48,526 nucleotides of DNA, taken from NCBI GenBank assembly GCA_043807135.1, contig JAZDGF010000008.1, positions 1 through 48,526 of the forward strand, read 5' to 3'. The first letter of the stretch is position 1; the number at the start of each line of letters is the position of its first letter. The position numbers and the translations under genes are program-made. This document shows positions 26,531-38,885 of this stretch, piece after piece. This stretch comes from Candidatus Levyibacteriota bacterium. Its GTDB lineage: Bacteria > Patescibacteriota > Microgenomatia > Levybacterales > UBA12049. The notes under the pieces were generated by a model, which saw nothing but the letters and a program-made list of their open reading frames with translations, searched no databases and was not told where the DNA came from.

Positions 26531-27861
26531 AATACAAACCATTAATCGGACTTGAGGTACATATTGAATTAAAAACAGAGTCTAAAATGTTTTGTGGATG
26601 TTCTGCGGATTATTTTGGAAAAAAACCAAATACTCACACCTGCCCTGTTTGCCTTGGTCTTCCAGGAGCACTCCCTATTCCAAACAAAAAAGCTATTGAA
26701 TGGTGTCTAAATATTGGTGCTGCACTTAACTGTAAACTTGCTGAGTTTTCAAAGTTTGACAGAAAAAATTATTTTTACCCTGATCTTGCCAAAGGTTATC
26801 AAATATCTCAGTATGATCAGCCTTTCTGCTCAAACGGAAGCATTGATATTGAAGCGAAAAGCGAAAAAAAACAAATTAGAATAACTCGTGTTCACATGGA
26901 GGAAGATACAGGAAAATTAATTCATGCAATTATTGATAAAAAAAAGTTAACATTAATTGATTTTAACAGAAGCGGTGTTCCTTTAGTTGAAATTGTTACA
27001 GAGCCAGATTTTGAAAGCTCTGAAGAAGTAATAACATATCTTAAGAAGCTTCAACAAATTGTAAGATATTTAAATGTTTCAAATGCAGACATGGAAAAAG
27101 GAGATATGAGACTAGAACCAAACATTTCGTTAATAAAAATCGGAGAAAAAGGATTACCATGTTACAAAGCTGAAGTAAAAAACATAAATTCTTTTAAATT
27201 TGTACAAAAGGCAATTGAATATGAAATTAAAAGACAACTTGAAATTTTAGAAAATGGCAATATACCTGTACAAGAAACAAGAGGATGGGATGAAAATAAA
27301 CAAAAAACTGTCTCTCAGAGAATAAAAGAAGAAGCAAATGATTACAGATATTTTCCAGAACCTGATATTCCCCCATTAAGATTTAAAAAAGACTATTTAG
27401 AAAAGCTTAAATCCAAACTTCCTGAATTTTCTGATGATAAAGTAAAAAGGTTTATTAAGGAATATGAAATTTCTATTTATAATGCTGAAATATTAACTAG
27501 AGAAAAGGGAACAGCAGATTATTTTGAAAATGTAGTTTCTATTGCTAAGAAACAAAATATTACCCCAAAAAAAATTGCAAATGAAATAATTAATAAAAAG
27601 GTAAACATTAATGATATTTTACCTGATAAATTAGTACAAATAATTTTAAATTCAAATAAAAAGGTTACCATTAATGAAAAAAAACTGCTTGAGACAATAA
27701 AAAAGACCTTAAAAGAGAATCCTAAAGCAGTAAATGATTATAAAAATGGTAAAATGCAAGTAATAGGATTTCTAATAGGAAGTATTGTAAAAACAATTGG
27801 GAAACCAATAGATACTTCTGATATAAAAAGAGTTTTAGAAAAGGAGCTTAAGGATGGATGA
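26527..27861 (+). CDS. gatB: Asp/Glu-tRNA amidotransferase subunit B
   Basis: IGLEVH, FDRKNYFYPD, HMEEDTGK, DYRYFPEPD. Confidence 0.97.
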   Translation: MKYKPLIGLEVHIELKTESKMFCGCSADYFGKKPNTHTCPVCLGLPGALPIPNKKAIEWCLNIGAALNCKLAEFSKFDRKNYFYPDLAKGYQISQYDQPFCSNGSIDIEAKSEKKQIRITRVHMEEDTGKLIHAIIDKKKLTLIDFNRSGVPLVEIVTEPDFESSEEVITYLKKLQQIVRYLNVSNADMEKGDMRLEPNISLIKIGEKGLPCYKAEVKNINSFKFVQKAIEYEIKRQLEILENGNIPVQETRGWDENKQKTVSQRIKEEANDYRYFPEPDIPPLRFKKDYLEKLKSKLPEFSDDKVKRFIKEYEISIYNAEILTREKGTADYFENVVSIAKKQNITPKKIANEIINKKVNINDILPDKLVQIILNSNKKVTINEKKLLETIKKTLKENPKAVNDYKNGKMQVIGFLIGSIVKTIGKPIDTSDIKRVLEKELKDG

Positions 27862-28684
27862 ATCAGGTAAAACAGAAGTCCCATCAGAAAAAGGATTAAA
27901 CTTTTCGAAAGTGCGAAAAGATTATGAAGGATTAAGACCTGTTGTTAAAAAAGCAGAAGCAATAGTAGTAAAAGAATCACCTAGGACAAAAAGATTTGTA
28001 AGGAGAGCAGCGTTTGGAGCCGCAAGAGAAAAATTGCATGAAGTACATGAAGCTAGGAAAAGAGCAGAGAATGCAGAAAGTAAATTGGGAATAGATCCTT
28101 TAACAGGTGTCCTCAATAAAGAGAAATTTTATGAAGAACTAGAGCAAGCAATAAGAACCCATATTAGACTTGAAAAACCTTTTTCTGTTTTAATGCTTGA
28201 CTTAGACAATTTTAGCGATGTAAATAACAGATACGGTCATCCAGTAGGAGACATAGCTATAAAAGAAATTGCTAATTTATTAAATTTAGAAGTTAGAGAA
28301 ATAGATGTTGTTGCACGTTTTGGAGGAGATGAATTTGCTGTAATAGCACCGGGTACCGCAGATAAACATGCTTTAATGACTGCGGAAAGACTTAGAAAAG
28401 CAATTAAAGATAAATTTCTGGAAAGAGTTTCTGGACATATGCCAGAAAGAGAATTACCTTTTTCAGCAAGTGTCGGTTTAACATCATTTCACCCTAATGC
28501 AAAAGGAAAAACTAAAGAATCTGTAAAAGAATTAGCACAAGATCTTGTTAGAAAAGCAGATATTGCTCTTTACAATAGCAAAAGAGATAAATATGGAAAT
28601 GACCTTAAAGATCGAACAGTTTCTTACGAAAAAGGTATGATAATACCAAAAATGACAAAAGTACATACAAAAATAGATACTTAA
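27854..28684 (+). CDS. GGDEF domain protein (diguanylate cyclase)
   Basis: DPLTG, DLDNF, NNRYGHPVGD, RxxD I-site (REID), RFGGDEF, KADIALY. Confidence 0.93.
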   Translation: MDESGKTEVPSEKGLNFSKVRKDYEGLRPVVKKAEAIVVKESPRTKRFVRRAAFGAAREKLHEVHEARKRAENAESKLGIDPLTGVLNKEKFYEELEQAIRTHIRLEKPFSVLMLDLDNFSDVNNRYGHPVGDIAIKEIANLLNLEVREIDVVARFGGDEFAVIAPGTADKHALMTAERLRKAIKDKFLERVSGHMPERELPFSASVGLTSFHPNAKGKTKESVKELAQDLVRKADIALYNSKRDKYGNDLKDRTVSYEKGMIIPKMTKVHTKIDT

Positions 28685-28686
28685 TA

Positions 28687-31600
28687 ATGGTTGACTTTGT
28701 CCATCTTCATAACCATACCGAGTTTTCTCTCTTAGACGGACTTGCAAAAATAAAACTTTTGGCAAAACGTACAAGAGAATTAGGCATGAAAGCAATTGCT
28801 ATAACTGATCATGGCAACATGTATGGCACTATCTATTTTTATAACGCATGTATCAGTGAGGGAATTAAGCCAATTATTGGTTGTGAAGTATATATGGCCA
28901 AAAGAACAAGGCATGATAAGGAAGCTGGAATAGACTCTAACTACAATCATCTTATTCTTCTTGCCAAAAACCAAGCTGGTTATAAAAATTTAATGAAAAT
29001 TGTATCTATTTCAAATCTAGAAGGATATTATTATAAACCAAGATGTGATTTGGATTTATTAAGAGAATATCATGATGGACTTATTTGTTTAAGCGGATGT
29101 GTAAATGGTTTTATTGCAAGTCCCCTTTTAGATGGACAGGAAGAAACTGCAATGAAACGCGCAAAAGAATTAGCAGAAATTTATGGCCCAGAGCATTTTT
29201 ATATTGAACTTCAAAAACATATTAATAATAAGGATCAAGATATAGTCAATAAACAACTTATAAAGCTTGCAGAAAAAGCTGGGCTGCCTTTGGTTGCAGC
29301 TAATGACAATCATTATATTTATCGTCAGGATGCAGAAGCACAAGAAGCTCTTCTTTGTATTCAAACTCAAACTACGCTTTCCGATGAAAACAGAAAATTA
29401 ACAATGATTAACTCACCCGACCATTACGTTAAATCTCCTGAAGAAATGATGGGAATGTTTATTCAAACTCCAGAAGCAATATCAAACACAGTAAAAATAG
29501 CTGATATGTGTGATTTAGAACTCCAGCTTGGAAAATGGATTATGCCAATTTTTGACGTTCCAGGAGGAAAAACTCCTGCTGAGTATATTCAAAATAAAGT
29601 AAAAGAAGGACTAATCAAACGCTACAAAAAAATTACACCAGAAATACAAAAAAGAGTTGATTACGAACTTTCCGTTATCCTAAAAAAGGGTTACGAAACA
29701 TATATTTTAATTGTTGCAGATTTTGTTAACTGGGCAAAATCAAGAGGAATTACTGTCGGTCCAGGCCGTGGTTCAAATGCAGGATCAATTGTATCGTATG
29801 CCTTGGAAATTTCAGACGTTGATCCTTTGTTCTTCAAACTTCCCTTTGAAAGGTTCTTAAATCCAATGCGTCCTTCTCCTCCTGACATTGATCTTGACTT
29901 TGCGGATAATAGACGAGATGAAGTAATTCAATACGTTACGGAAAAATACGGAAAAGACAAAGTAGCTCAAATTATTACCTTTGGAACTATGGAGGCAAAA
30001 GGATCCGTAAGAGATACTGGTAGAGCGTTAGGTATGCCGTATTCAGGTCCTGACAGAATATCTAAAATGATTCCTTTAGGATGGCAAGGGCATACAATGA
30101 CTCTTGATAGAGCACTTGAACAAAGTCCTGAATTAAAGATTTCCTATACTACTGAAGCAGAAACTAAAAGACTTCTAGATTTGGCAAGAAAAGTTGAAGG
30201 AGTAATAAGGCATGCGTCTGTCCATGCTGCTGGAGTTGTAATCGCAGATAAAGAGTTAACAAAATATACTCCTCTTCAAAGAGAACCTAATGGAGAAAAG
30301 GTAATTACTCAATATGACATGTATACTGTGGGTGAAGATGGTGTAGGACTTTTAAAAATAGATTTTTTGGGTCTTAGAAATTTAACTATTATTCAAGAAG
30401 CATTAAGGTTTATTATGGAGAATCAAGGAATTGATATTAATTTTTCAAACATATCTTTCGATGATCCAAAATCTTATAAACTACTTGCATCGGGTGAAAC
30501 AACTGGAATATTTCAACTAGAATCTCCAGGAATGAGAAGATATATAAAAGAGTTAAAACCAACTACAATTTTTGATCTTCAAGCAATGGTAGCGTTATAC
30601 AGACCAGGACCCATGGCAAATATTCCTGAGTTTATTAAAAGAAAACATAATCCATCACTTATCACTTACCCTGACCCACGTTTAAAAGATGTACTAAAAG
30701 AGTCTTATGGAATAATTACCTTTCAAGACGATCTGCTTTTGACTGCAATTAACGTAGCAGGTTATTCCTGGCTTGAGGCAGATAAACTTCGAAAAGCTGT
30801 TGGAAAGAAAATTTCATCCGAAATGAAAAAACAACATGACAAATTTGTTAATGGTTGTGTTTCTAATAAAATGACTAAAAGAAACGCAGAACACCTTTGG
30901 ACTCTTTTTGAGCCTTTTGCGGGATACGGGTTTGGAAAAGCACACGCCGCCTGCTACGCAACAATTGCCTTTAGAACTGCTTATTTAAAAGCACACTATC
31001 CTGTTGAGTTTATGACTGCACTTCTTACTGCTGAATCACGCGGAAGTTCAGGCCCCACCAAAAGCGAAAAACTTGCTCAAGCTATTGCTGAATGTAAGAG
31101 AATATACATTACCGTTCTTCCTCCAGACATTAATAAGTCGGGCTCTGAATTCTCAATTGAAAACTCCACTAAGATAAGATTTGGACTGTCTGCCATAAAA
31201 AATGTAGGAGAAGCAGCTATTAAAGCTATACTTGCAACAAAGAAAGATGGTAAATTTAAAAACTTTGAAGATTTTGTAGAAAGAATTGAATTATCTACAG
31301 TTAATAAAAAAACATTTGAAAGTTTAATTAAAGCAGGAGCTATGGATATGTTTGGTAAAAGAGCTGAGCTTTTACTAAATTACGCTGCGACAATTGAAGC
31401 AACTCATAAAATGAAAAAGCAAAAATTAGATGGTCAAACTAGTCTTTTTGAAATTCATAAAGACGTTAAGGATACGCATTCTCAAAAGATAAATTCTACC
31501 ACCAAAGACTTTTCTGAGGATGAAAAACTCTCCTTTGAAAAAGAATTTTTAGGTTTTTATTTAACTTCCCATCCACAAATGCAGAACTTATTAAAAATTA

Positions 31601-31911
31601 AAAAAGATATTACACATGAACTTGAGCTTCTTGAAGAAGTATCCGAGGGAGAAAAAGTCATAATTGGAGGAATTGTTGAAAATATTAAAAGGATATTTAC
31701 AAAAAAAAGTAATTCTGAAATGGCTTTTATTAATATAAGTAATGAAAAAGGAATAAACGTCGAGTGTATTGTATTTCCTAAGATATTTGATTCATATAAA
31801 TATCTTTTAACAAAAGATTCTGTAATTATTATTAATGGGAAAGTTGATACAAAAAATAATAAACCGATTATCATTGTTGAAAAAATCACAAAAAACCATT
31901 TCTCCTCTTGA
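28687..31911 (+). CDS. dnaE: DNA polymerase III alpha subunit
   Basis: PHP FVHLHNH, GPGRGS, PDIDLD, KIDFLGL, QTSLF clamp motif, OB fold. Confidence 0.98.
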   Translation: MVDFVHLHNHTEFSLLDGLAKIKLLAKRTRELGMKAIAITDHGNMYGTIYFYNACISEGIKPIIGCEVYMAKRTRHDKEAGIDSNYNHLILLAKNQAGYKNLMKIVSISNLEGYYYKPRCDLDLLREYHDGLICLSGCVNGFIASPLLDGQEETAMKRAKELAEIYGPEHFYIELQKHINNKDQDIVNKQLIKLAEKAGLPLVAANDNHYIYRQDAEAQEALLCIQTQTTLSDENRKLTMINSPDHYVKSPEEMMGMFIQTPEAISNTVKIADMCDLELQLGKWIMPIFDVPGGKTPAEYIQNKVKEGLIKRYKKITPEIQKRVDYELSVILKKGYETYILIVADFVNWAKSRGITVGPGRGSNAGSIVSYALEISDVDPLFFKLPFERFLNPMRPSPPDIDLDFADNRRDEVIQYVTEKYGKDKVAQIITFGTMEAKGSVRDTGRALGMPYSGPDRISKMIPLGWQGHTMTLDRALEQSPELKISYTTEAETKRLLDLARKVEGVIRHASVHAAGVVIADKELTKYTPLQREPNGEKVITQYDMYTVGEDGVGLLKIDFLGLRNLTIIQEALRFIMENQGIDINFSNISFDDPKSYKLLASGETTGIFQLESPGMRRYIKELKPTTIFDLQAMVALYRPGPMANIPEFIKRKHNPSLITYPDPRLKDVLKESYGIITFQDDLLLTAINVAGYSWLEADKLRKAVGKKISSEMKKQHDKFVNGCVSNKMTKRNAEHLWTLFEPFAGYGFGKAHAACYATIAFRTAYLKAHYPVEFMTALLTAESRGSSGPTKSEKLAQAIAECKRIYITVLPPDINKSGSEFSIENSTKIRFGLSAIKNVGEAAIKAILATKKDGKFKNFEDFVERIELSTVNKKTFESLIKAGAMDMFGKRAELLLNYAATIEATHKMKKQKLDGQTSLFEIHKDVKDTHSQKINSTTKDFSEDEKLSFEKEFLGFYLTSHPQMQNLLKIKKDITHELELLEEVSEGEKVIIGGIVENIKRIFTKKSNSEMAFINISNEKGINVECIVFPKIFDSYKYLLTKDSVIIINGKVDTKNNKPIIIVEKITKNHFSS

Positions 31912-31946
31912 CTCTCTTCCAACTTATTTATAAAATAAAGTACGTA

Positions 31947-32696
31947 ATGGTTTCATTTGCGGCAGAGCCCATTATTAAGTTGGGCTTTTTTTCAGTGACA
32001 AATAGCATCATAGATGTTTTAATAGTAGATAGCTTGATAATAATAGCTTGCGTTTTCATATCAAGAAAAATTTCCCTCATCCCAGGATTATTTCAAAATT
32101 TAATTGAATATCTTATTGAAACTTTCTACGCATTAACAGAATCTGTTGCCGACACACGGGCTGCAAGAATATTCCCCTACTTTATGACATTTTTTATATT
32201 TATTCTTCTTATAAACTGGAGCGGGCTTATTCCCGGTGTTGGAACAATTGGTTTTTTTCATGCAACAGAACATGGAAAAGAACTAATCCCTTTAATAAGA
32301 GCTGCATCAAGTGATTTAAACGTTACACTTGCACTTGCACTTGTATCTGCTGTTGCTACTCACACTATGAGTATTCAAATTGTTGGAATAAAAGACTATT
32401 TAAGTAAATATTTTTCCTTAAATCCAATTTATCTATTTGTAGGAATTCTTGAGGTAATTTCTGAAATAACAAAGGTTATTTCTCTCTCGTTCAGGCTTTT
32501 TGGAAACATATTCGCAGGAGAAGTAGTTTTAATTACTGTCTCATCACTTTTTGCATTCCTTTTTCCTTTGCCATTTATGTTTTTAGAAATAATTGTTGGA
32601 CTTGTTCAAGCCTTAGTATTTTCAATGCTAACAATGGCATTTATGGCAATTTTGACGGTGTCTCACCATCAAGCTAAGGAGGTGAGCAGCTCATGA
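31947..32696 (+). CDS. atpB: F0F1 ATP synthase subunit a
   Basis: NWSGLIPG, SLSFRLFGNIFAGE, VQALVF; start placed at ATG 31947. Confidence 0.95.
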   Translation: MVSFAAEPIIKLGFFSVTNSIIDVLIVDSLIIIACVFISRKISLIPGLFQNLIEYLIETFYALTESVADTRAARIFPYFMTFFIFILLINWSGLIPGVGTIGFFHATEHGKELIPLIRAASSDLNVTLALALVSAVATHTMSIQIVGIKDYLSKYFSLNPIYLFVGILEVISEITKVISLSFRLFGNIFAGEVVLITVSSLFAFLFPLPFMFLEIIVGLVQALVFSMLTMAFMAILTVSHHQAKEVSSS

Positions 32697-32899
32697 CATT
32701 TAGCGTATCAGGCGGATTAATTATTGCAATCGGTGGACTCGCACCTGCAATCGCTGTTGGTTTAATTGGAGCCAAAGCAATGGAAGCAATAGGAAGAAAT
32801 CCTGAAGCTTCAGGGAAAGTATTACCAGCCATGCTTTTAGGAATGGCGTTTGCAGAAGCTATTGCTATTTATTCATTAATTTTGGCTTTCATGAAATAG
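32693..32899 (+). CDS. atpE: F0F1 ATP synthase subunit c
   Basis: GRNPE loop, FAEAIAIY; AGGAGGTG SD. Confidence 0.95.
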   Translation: MTFSVSGGLIIAIGGLAPAIAVGLIGAKAMEAIGRNPEASGKVLPAMLLGMAFAEAIAIYSLILAFMK

Positions 32900-32902
32900 T
32901 AT

Positions 32903-33400
32903 ATGGAAATTATTAAGAACTTTGGAGTTGAGCCAATGCTTTTGGCTGCTCAAATAGTAAACTTCTTGATTATACTTTTTATACTTAAAAAGTTTCTATA
33001 TAAACCTGTATTAGAAACTTTAAAAAAGCGTGAGAAAAGTATAAAAGAAGGGTTAAATCAGGCAGAAGAAGGAAAAATCGCACTAGAAAAAGCTTTAGAA
33101 GAGGAAAAGAAGATTCTTAAAAAAGCACAAGTTCAGGCAAGAAAGATAATTGACGATGCAAAAAACCAATCAGGACTGCTTGCAAAAGGTATTGAGGAAA
33201 ATGCCAAAAATCAGTCAAAGAAAATTCTTGAAGACGCAAAAAATCAGATTGGAGAAGATACCAAGGAGGCAGAAAAAAGACTAACAGCAAAAATAAATAG
33301 TATTTCGATAGAAATTTTACAAAAAGCATTAAAGGAAATGTTTTCTGAAAAAGATGAGAAAAAACTGATTGAAAAGGCAATAAAACAAATTGTAAAATAA
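32903..33400 (+). CDS. atpF: F0F1 ATP synthase subunit b
   Basis: QIVNF TM, YKP, long coiled coil. Confidence 0.93.
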   Translation: MEIIKNFGVEPMLLAAQIVNFLIILFILKKFLYKPVLETLKKREKSIKEGLNQAEEGKIALEKALEEEKKILKKAQVQARKIIDDAKNQSGLLAKGIEENAKNQSKKILEDAKNQIGEDTKEAEKRLTAKINSISIEILQKALKEMFSEKDEKKLIEKAIKQIVK

Positions 33401-33401
33401 T

Positions 33402-33767
33402 ATGACTAAAAAACAAATAAAAAAACTCGTAGCCGGAAGCTACTCTGGAAATAACCTTAACGAGCTAAGAGTTAGAAAAATTGCAGATAAACTTACTAGA
33501 GAAAATTTAAAAAAATATCTAAAATCACTAAAAAATACTGAGAAGCAAAAAAGAGTTACAATTGTAATGCCTAATATAGAAATTAAAGACAGAAGAGAAA
33601 TTGAAAAAATGTTTAAAAAGACATATAAAGACAAGAAGATTTCTTTTATAACTGACCCATCTCTAATTTTAGGGCTTAAAATTATAAATAATGATTTAAT
33701 TTATGAATTAAGTTTAAATGACACTTTTGATAAAATAAATGAACATTTATTAAACCAATATGATTAA
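33402..33767 (+). CDS. atpH: F0F1 ATP synthase subunit delta (short)
   Basis: Position between b and alpha; DPSLILGLKI C-terminal motif. Confidence 0.8.
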   Translation: MTKKQIKKLVAGSYSGNNLNELRVRKIADKLTRENLKKYLKSLKNTEKQKRVTIVMPNIEIKDRREIEKMFKKTYKDKKISFITDPSLILGLKIINNDLIYELSLNDTFDKINEHLLNQYD

Positions 33768-35283
33768 AGAAGACGAAATTGTAAAACAATTAGAACAAAG
33801 GCTTAATACATTTAAGCTTAGTCCAAAACTTCAAAGCATAGGAGCTGTTGAAAAAAATACTGACGGAGTTGTTATAATATCTGGTCTTTCTAAAGCCTTC
33901 ATGGGAGAGCTAGTTTCTTTTTCAGACGGAACACAAGGAATGGTTTTAAATCTGGATGAAGATTATGTTTCAGTTACTCTTCTTGGAAAAGGAGACAATA
34001 TCAAGGAAGGAGACAGTGTAAAAACAACAGGTAAATTATTATCGATTAATGTTTCTGAGGATTTACTTGGAAGAGTGATTAATCCCCTAGGTGAACCACT
34101 AGACGGAAAAGCAAGAATAAAAAAAGGTAAAAACATGCCACTTGAAAAAATTGCAGCAGGTGTAATTGAGAGAGAACCTGTTAATACACCTTTAAAAACT
34201 GGAATCAAGGCAATTGACTCTATGATTCCTATTGGAAGAGGACAAAGAGAATTAATTATTGGTGATCGTGGTCTTGGAAAAACCGCAATAGCAGTTGATA
34301 CAATTATTAATCAATTCTCTAATAAAGCTAATGGCCAAAAACCGGTAATTTGTATTTATGTTGCAATTGGTCAAAAGCAAAGTAGGGTTGCACAAATTGT
34401 TGACAAGCTTAGTGAAAAAAAAGCTATTGACTTTACTGTAGTTGTTAATGCCGGCGCATCAGATTCAGCTGCTCTTCAATATCTTGCGCCTTATGCAGGA
34501 TCTGCAATTGGAGAATACTTTATGGAAAAAGGTCAAGATGTCTTAATTGTTTACGATGATTTGACAAAGCATGCATGGGCATATAGGGAAGTTTCCCTTG
34601 TTCTTAAACGTCCTGCAGGAAGAGAAGCATACCCTGGTGATATTTTCTATTTGCACAGTAGGCTTTTGGAAAGAGCAGTAAAACTTAATAAGAAAAACGG
34701 AGGAGGATCAATTACTGCGCTTCCAATTATCGAAACACAAGCAAATGATATGTCTGCATATATTCCTACCAATGTTATTTCAATTACTGACGGACAGATT
34801 TATCTTCAAGGTGATTTATTTAACGCAGGAGTAAGGCCTGCAATTAACGTAGGCTCTTCTGTCTCAAGAGTTGGAGGATCTGCTCAAACATCAGCAATTA
34901 AGTCAATTTCAGGCAAGCTAAGGCTTGAGATTGCCCAATACAACGATCTTGCTGCGTTTGCTCAATTCGGAAGTGAATTGGATACTGCTACAATGAATCA
35001 ACTCGAAAGAGGAAAAAGAACCATTGAAATTCTTAAACAGCCTCAATATGAACCGCTTGCTGAAAATTATGAATATCTTAGTATCTGGGCCGTAACAAAC
35101 GGCTTTTTAGATGATATTCCGACAGAATCAGTTCAAAATTTTGAAAAAGAATATCATGAATACATGAAGCTTAATCACAAAAAAATAGTTGATTCCTTAA
35201 CAAGTGGGGAAAAACCAAACGAAGAAATATTAAAACAGATGCAAAAAGCAATTCAAGAATTCAAGAAAGGATTTTCAGTTTAA
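33760..35283 (+). CDS. atpA: F0F1 ATP synthase subunit alpha
   Basis: GRGQRELIIGDRGLGKT, GREAYPGD, SVSRVGG. Confidence 0.98.
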   Translation: MIKEDEIVKQLEQRLNTFKLSPKLQSIGAVEKNTDGVVIISGLSKAFMGELVSFSDGTQGMVLNLDEDYVSVTLLGKGDNIKEGDSVKTTGKLLSINVSEDLLGRVINPLGEPLDGKARIKKGKNMPLEKIAAGVIEREPVNTPLKTGIKAIDSMIPIGRGQRELIIGDRGLGKTAIAVDTIINQFSNKANGQKPVICIYVAIGQKQSRVAQIVDKLSEKKAIDFTVVVNAGASDSAALQYLAPYAGSAIGEYFMEKGQDVLIVYDDLTKHAWAYREVSLVLKRPAGREAYPGDIFYLHSRLLERAVKLNKKNGGGSITALPIIETQANDMSAYIPTNVISITDGQIYLQGDLFNAGVRPAINVGSSVSRVGGSAQTSAIKSISGKLRLEIAQYNDLAAFAQFGSELDTATMNQLERGKRTIEILKQPQYEPLAENYEYLSIWAVTNGFLDDIPTESVQNFEKEYHEYMKLNHKKIVDSLTSGEKPNEEILKQMQKAIQEFKKGFSV

Positions 35284-35284
35284 T

Positions 35285-37541
<2,257 letters not shown>

Positions 37542-37550
37542 AATTTATAA

Positions 37551-37964
37551 ATGAATCTTCACGTTGAGATAATTACCCCAGAAAAAGTTATTTACAAAGA
37601 TGACGTCTCTGAAATAATTGTTCCGACTGAAAACGGACAAATCACAGTGCTTGCAAACCATGTAAATCTTTTAACTAAAATTCTTCCTGGTGAAATGATT
37701 ATAAAAAAAGGAAACCAAGAACACCTACTGGCAATTACAGGTGGATTTTTGGAAATAGCAGATAATCAAGCAACCATTCTGGCAGATTATGCGGTGCGAG
37801 CAGAAGATATCGAAGTTGCAAATGCGGAAGCTGCTCAAAAAAGAGCGGAACACATGCTTAAAGAAAAAGCAACTGATAAAGAATTTAGAATTGCTGAAGC
37901 AGAGCTTCAAAAAGCCTTACTCCAGTTAAAAGTCGCAACAAAACGTAAACGAAGGATAAAATAA
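37551..37964 (+). CDS. atpC: F0F1 ATP synthase subunit epsilon
   Basis: IITPEK, LANH, GGFLEI, C-terminal helices. Confidence 0.95.
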   Translation: MNLHVEIITPEKVIYKDDVSEIIVPTENGQITVLANHVNLLTKILPGEMIIKKGNQEHLLAITGGFLEIADNQATILADYAVRAEDIEVANAEAAQKRAEHMLKEKATDKEFRIAEAELQKALLQLKVATKRKRRIK

Positions 37965-38092
37965 GAAATAAACTTCAGATTTTACGACATATATAAATCT
38001 TAAAACATTATTCAAACTATATGTATATCTATTTTTAGATAACTTGCTCTTTAGGTGCTAATTTCATACAATTACATTATCTGTTTACGGCT

Positions 38093-38164
38093 GCCAACGT
38101 AGCTCAGTGGTAGAGCAGCTGTTTCGTAAACAGCAGGCCGTGAGTTCGATTCTCACCGTTGGCT
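38093..38164 (+). tRNA. tRNA-Thr(CGT)
   Basis: GCCAACG/CGTTGGC acceptor, GCTGT-TTCGTAA-ACAGC anticodon arm, GTTCGATTC T loop. Confidence 0.96.
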
Positions 38165-38174
38165 CAAAAGTAAA

Positions 38175-38885
38175 ATGAGAAAAAGATCAAGACTTACCAG
38201 ACGACAGAATAACAGAATAAAGAAAAATCTTTTTCTATCTGTTCTTGGAATAATAGCTATAATTTTCCTTTTGCTTAAATTTGGAGTTCCTGCATTGGCA
38301 AACTTTGCAATATTTTTATCAGGGATCAATGAATCTGATAAATCTGATACTAAAAAAGAGGTTTCTTTTATTCCCTCCCCTGTTTTAGACTCAGGATTAG
38401 CTGCAACAAACAGCGCAAGCGTAATAATCTCAGGAAGAACACCAAAAGAAGGAATTATAGAAATATATATAAATGATGAGCTTAGGGATACAGTAAACAC
38501 TAAAGAAGATGGAACATTCTCTACAGAACAAATAGTAAAAGTGGGAGAAAACTCTATAAAAGCAAGAACTGATCTTGACGGAAAAAATAGCACCTTCTCA
38601 AATACCTTGTATATTACGTATATAAAATCAGCTCCAAATTTAACAATTGCAACTCCTGTAGACGGACAATCATATCAAAAAGATGAAAATAAAGCAGTAG
38701 TAAGTGGACAAACTGATTCAGGAGTAACAGTTACTGTAAACGGCTTTTGGGCAGTAATAGATGATATGAATAGCTATTCTTATGAATTACCCCTTAAAGA
38801 CGGTGATAATGAAATAAATATTGTAGCCTTAGATCAAGCAGGAAATAAAACTGAAAAAAATATTAAAGTTACTTACTCTCAATAA
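38175..38885 (+). CDS. Membrane-anchored protein with bacterial Ig-like domains
   Basis: Basic N-terminus plus TM helix, two beta-sandwich repeats (GENSIKA; DGDNEI..A.DQAGN). Confidence 0.75.
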   Translation: MRKRSRLTRRQNNRIKKNLFLSVLGIIAIIFLLLKFGVPALANFAIFLSGINESDKSDTKKEVSFIPSPVLDSGLAATNSASVIISGRTPKEGIIEIYINDELRDTVNTKEDGTFSTEQIVKVGENSIKARTDLDGKNSTFSNTLYITYIKSAPNLTIATPVDGQSYQKDENKAVVSGQTDSGVTVTVNGFWAVIDDMNSYSYELPLKDGDNEINIVALDQAGNKTEKNIKVTYSQ

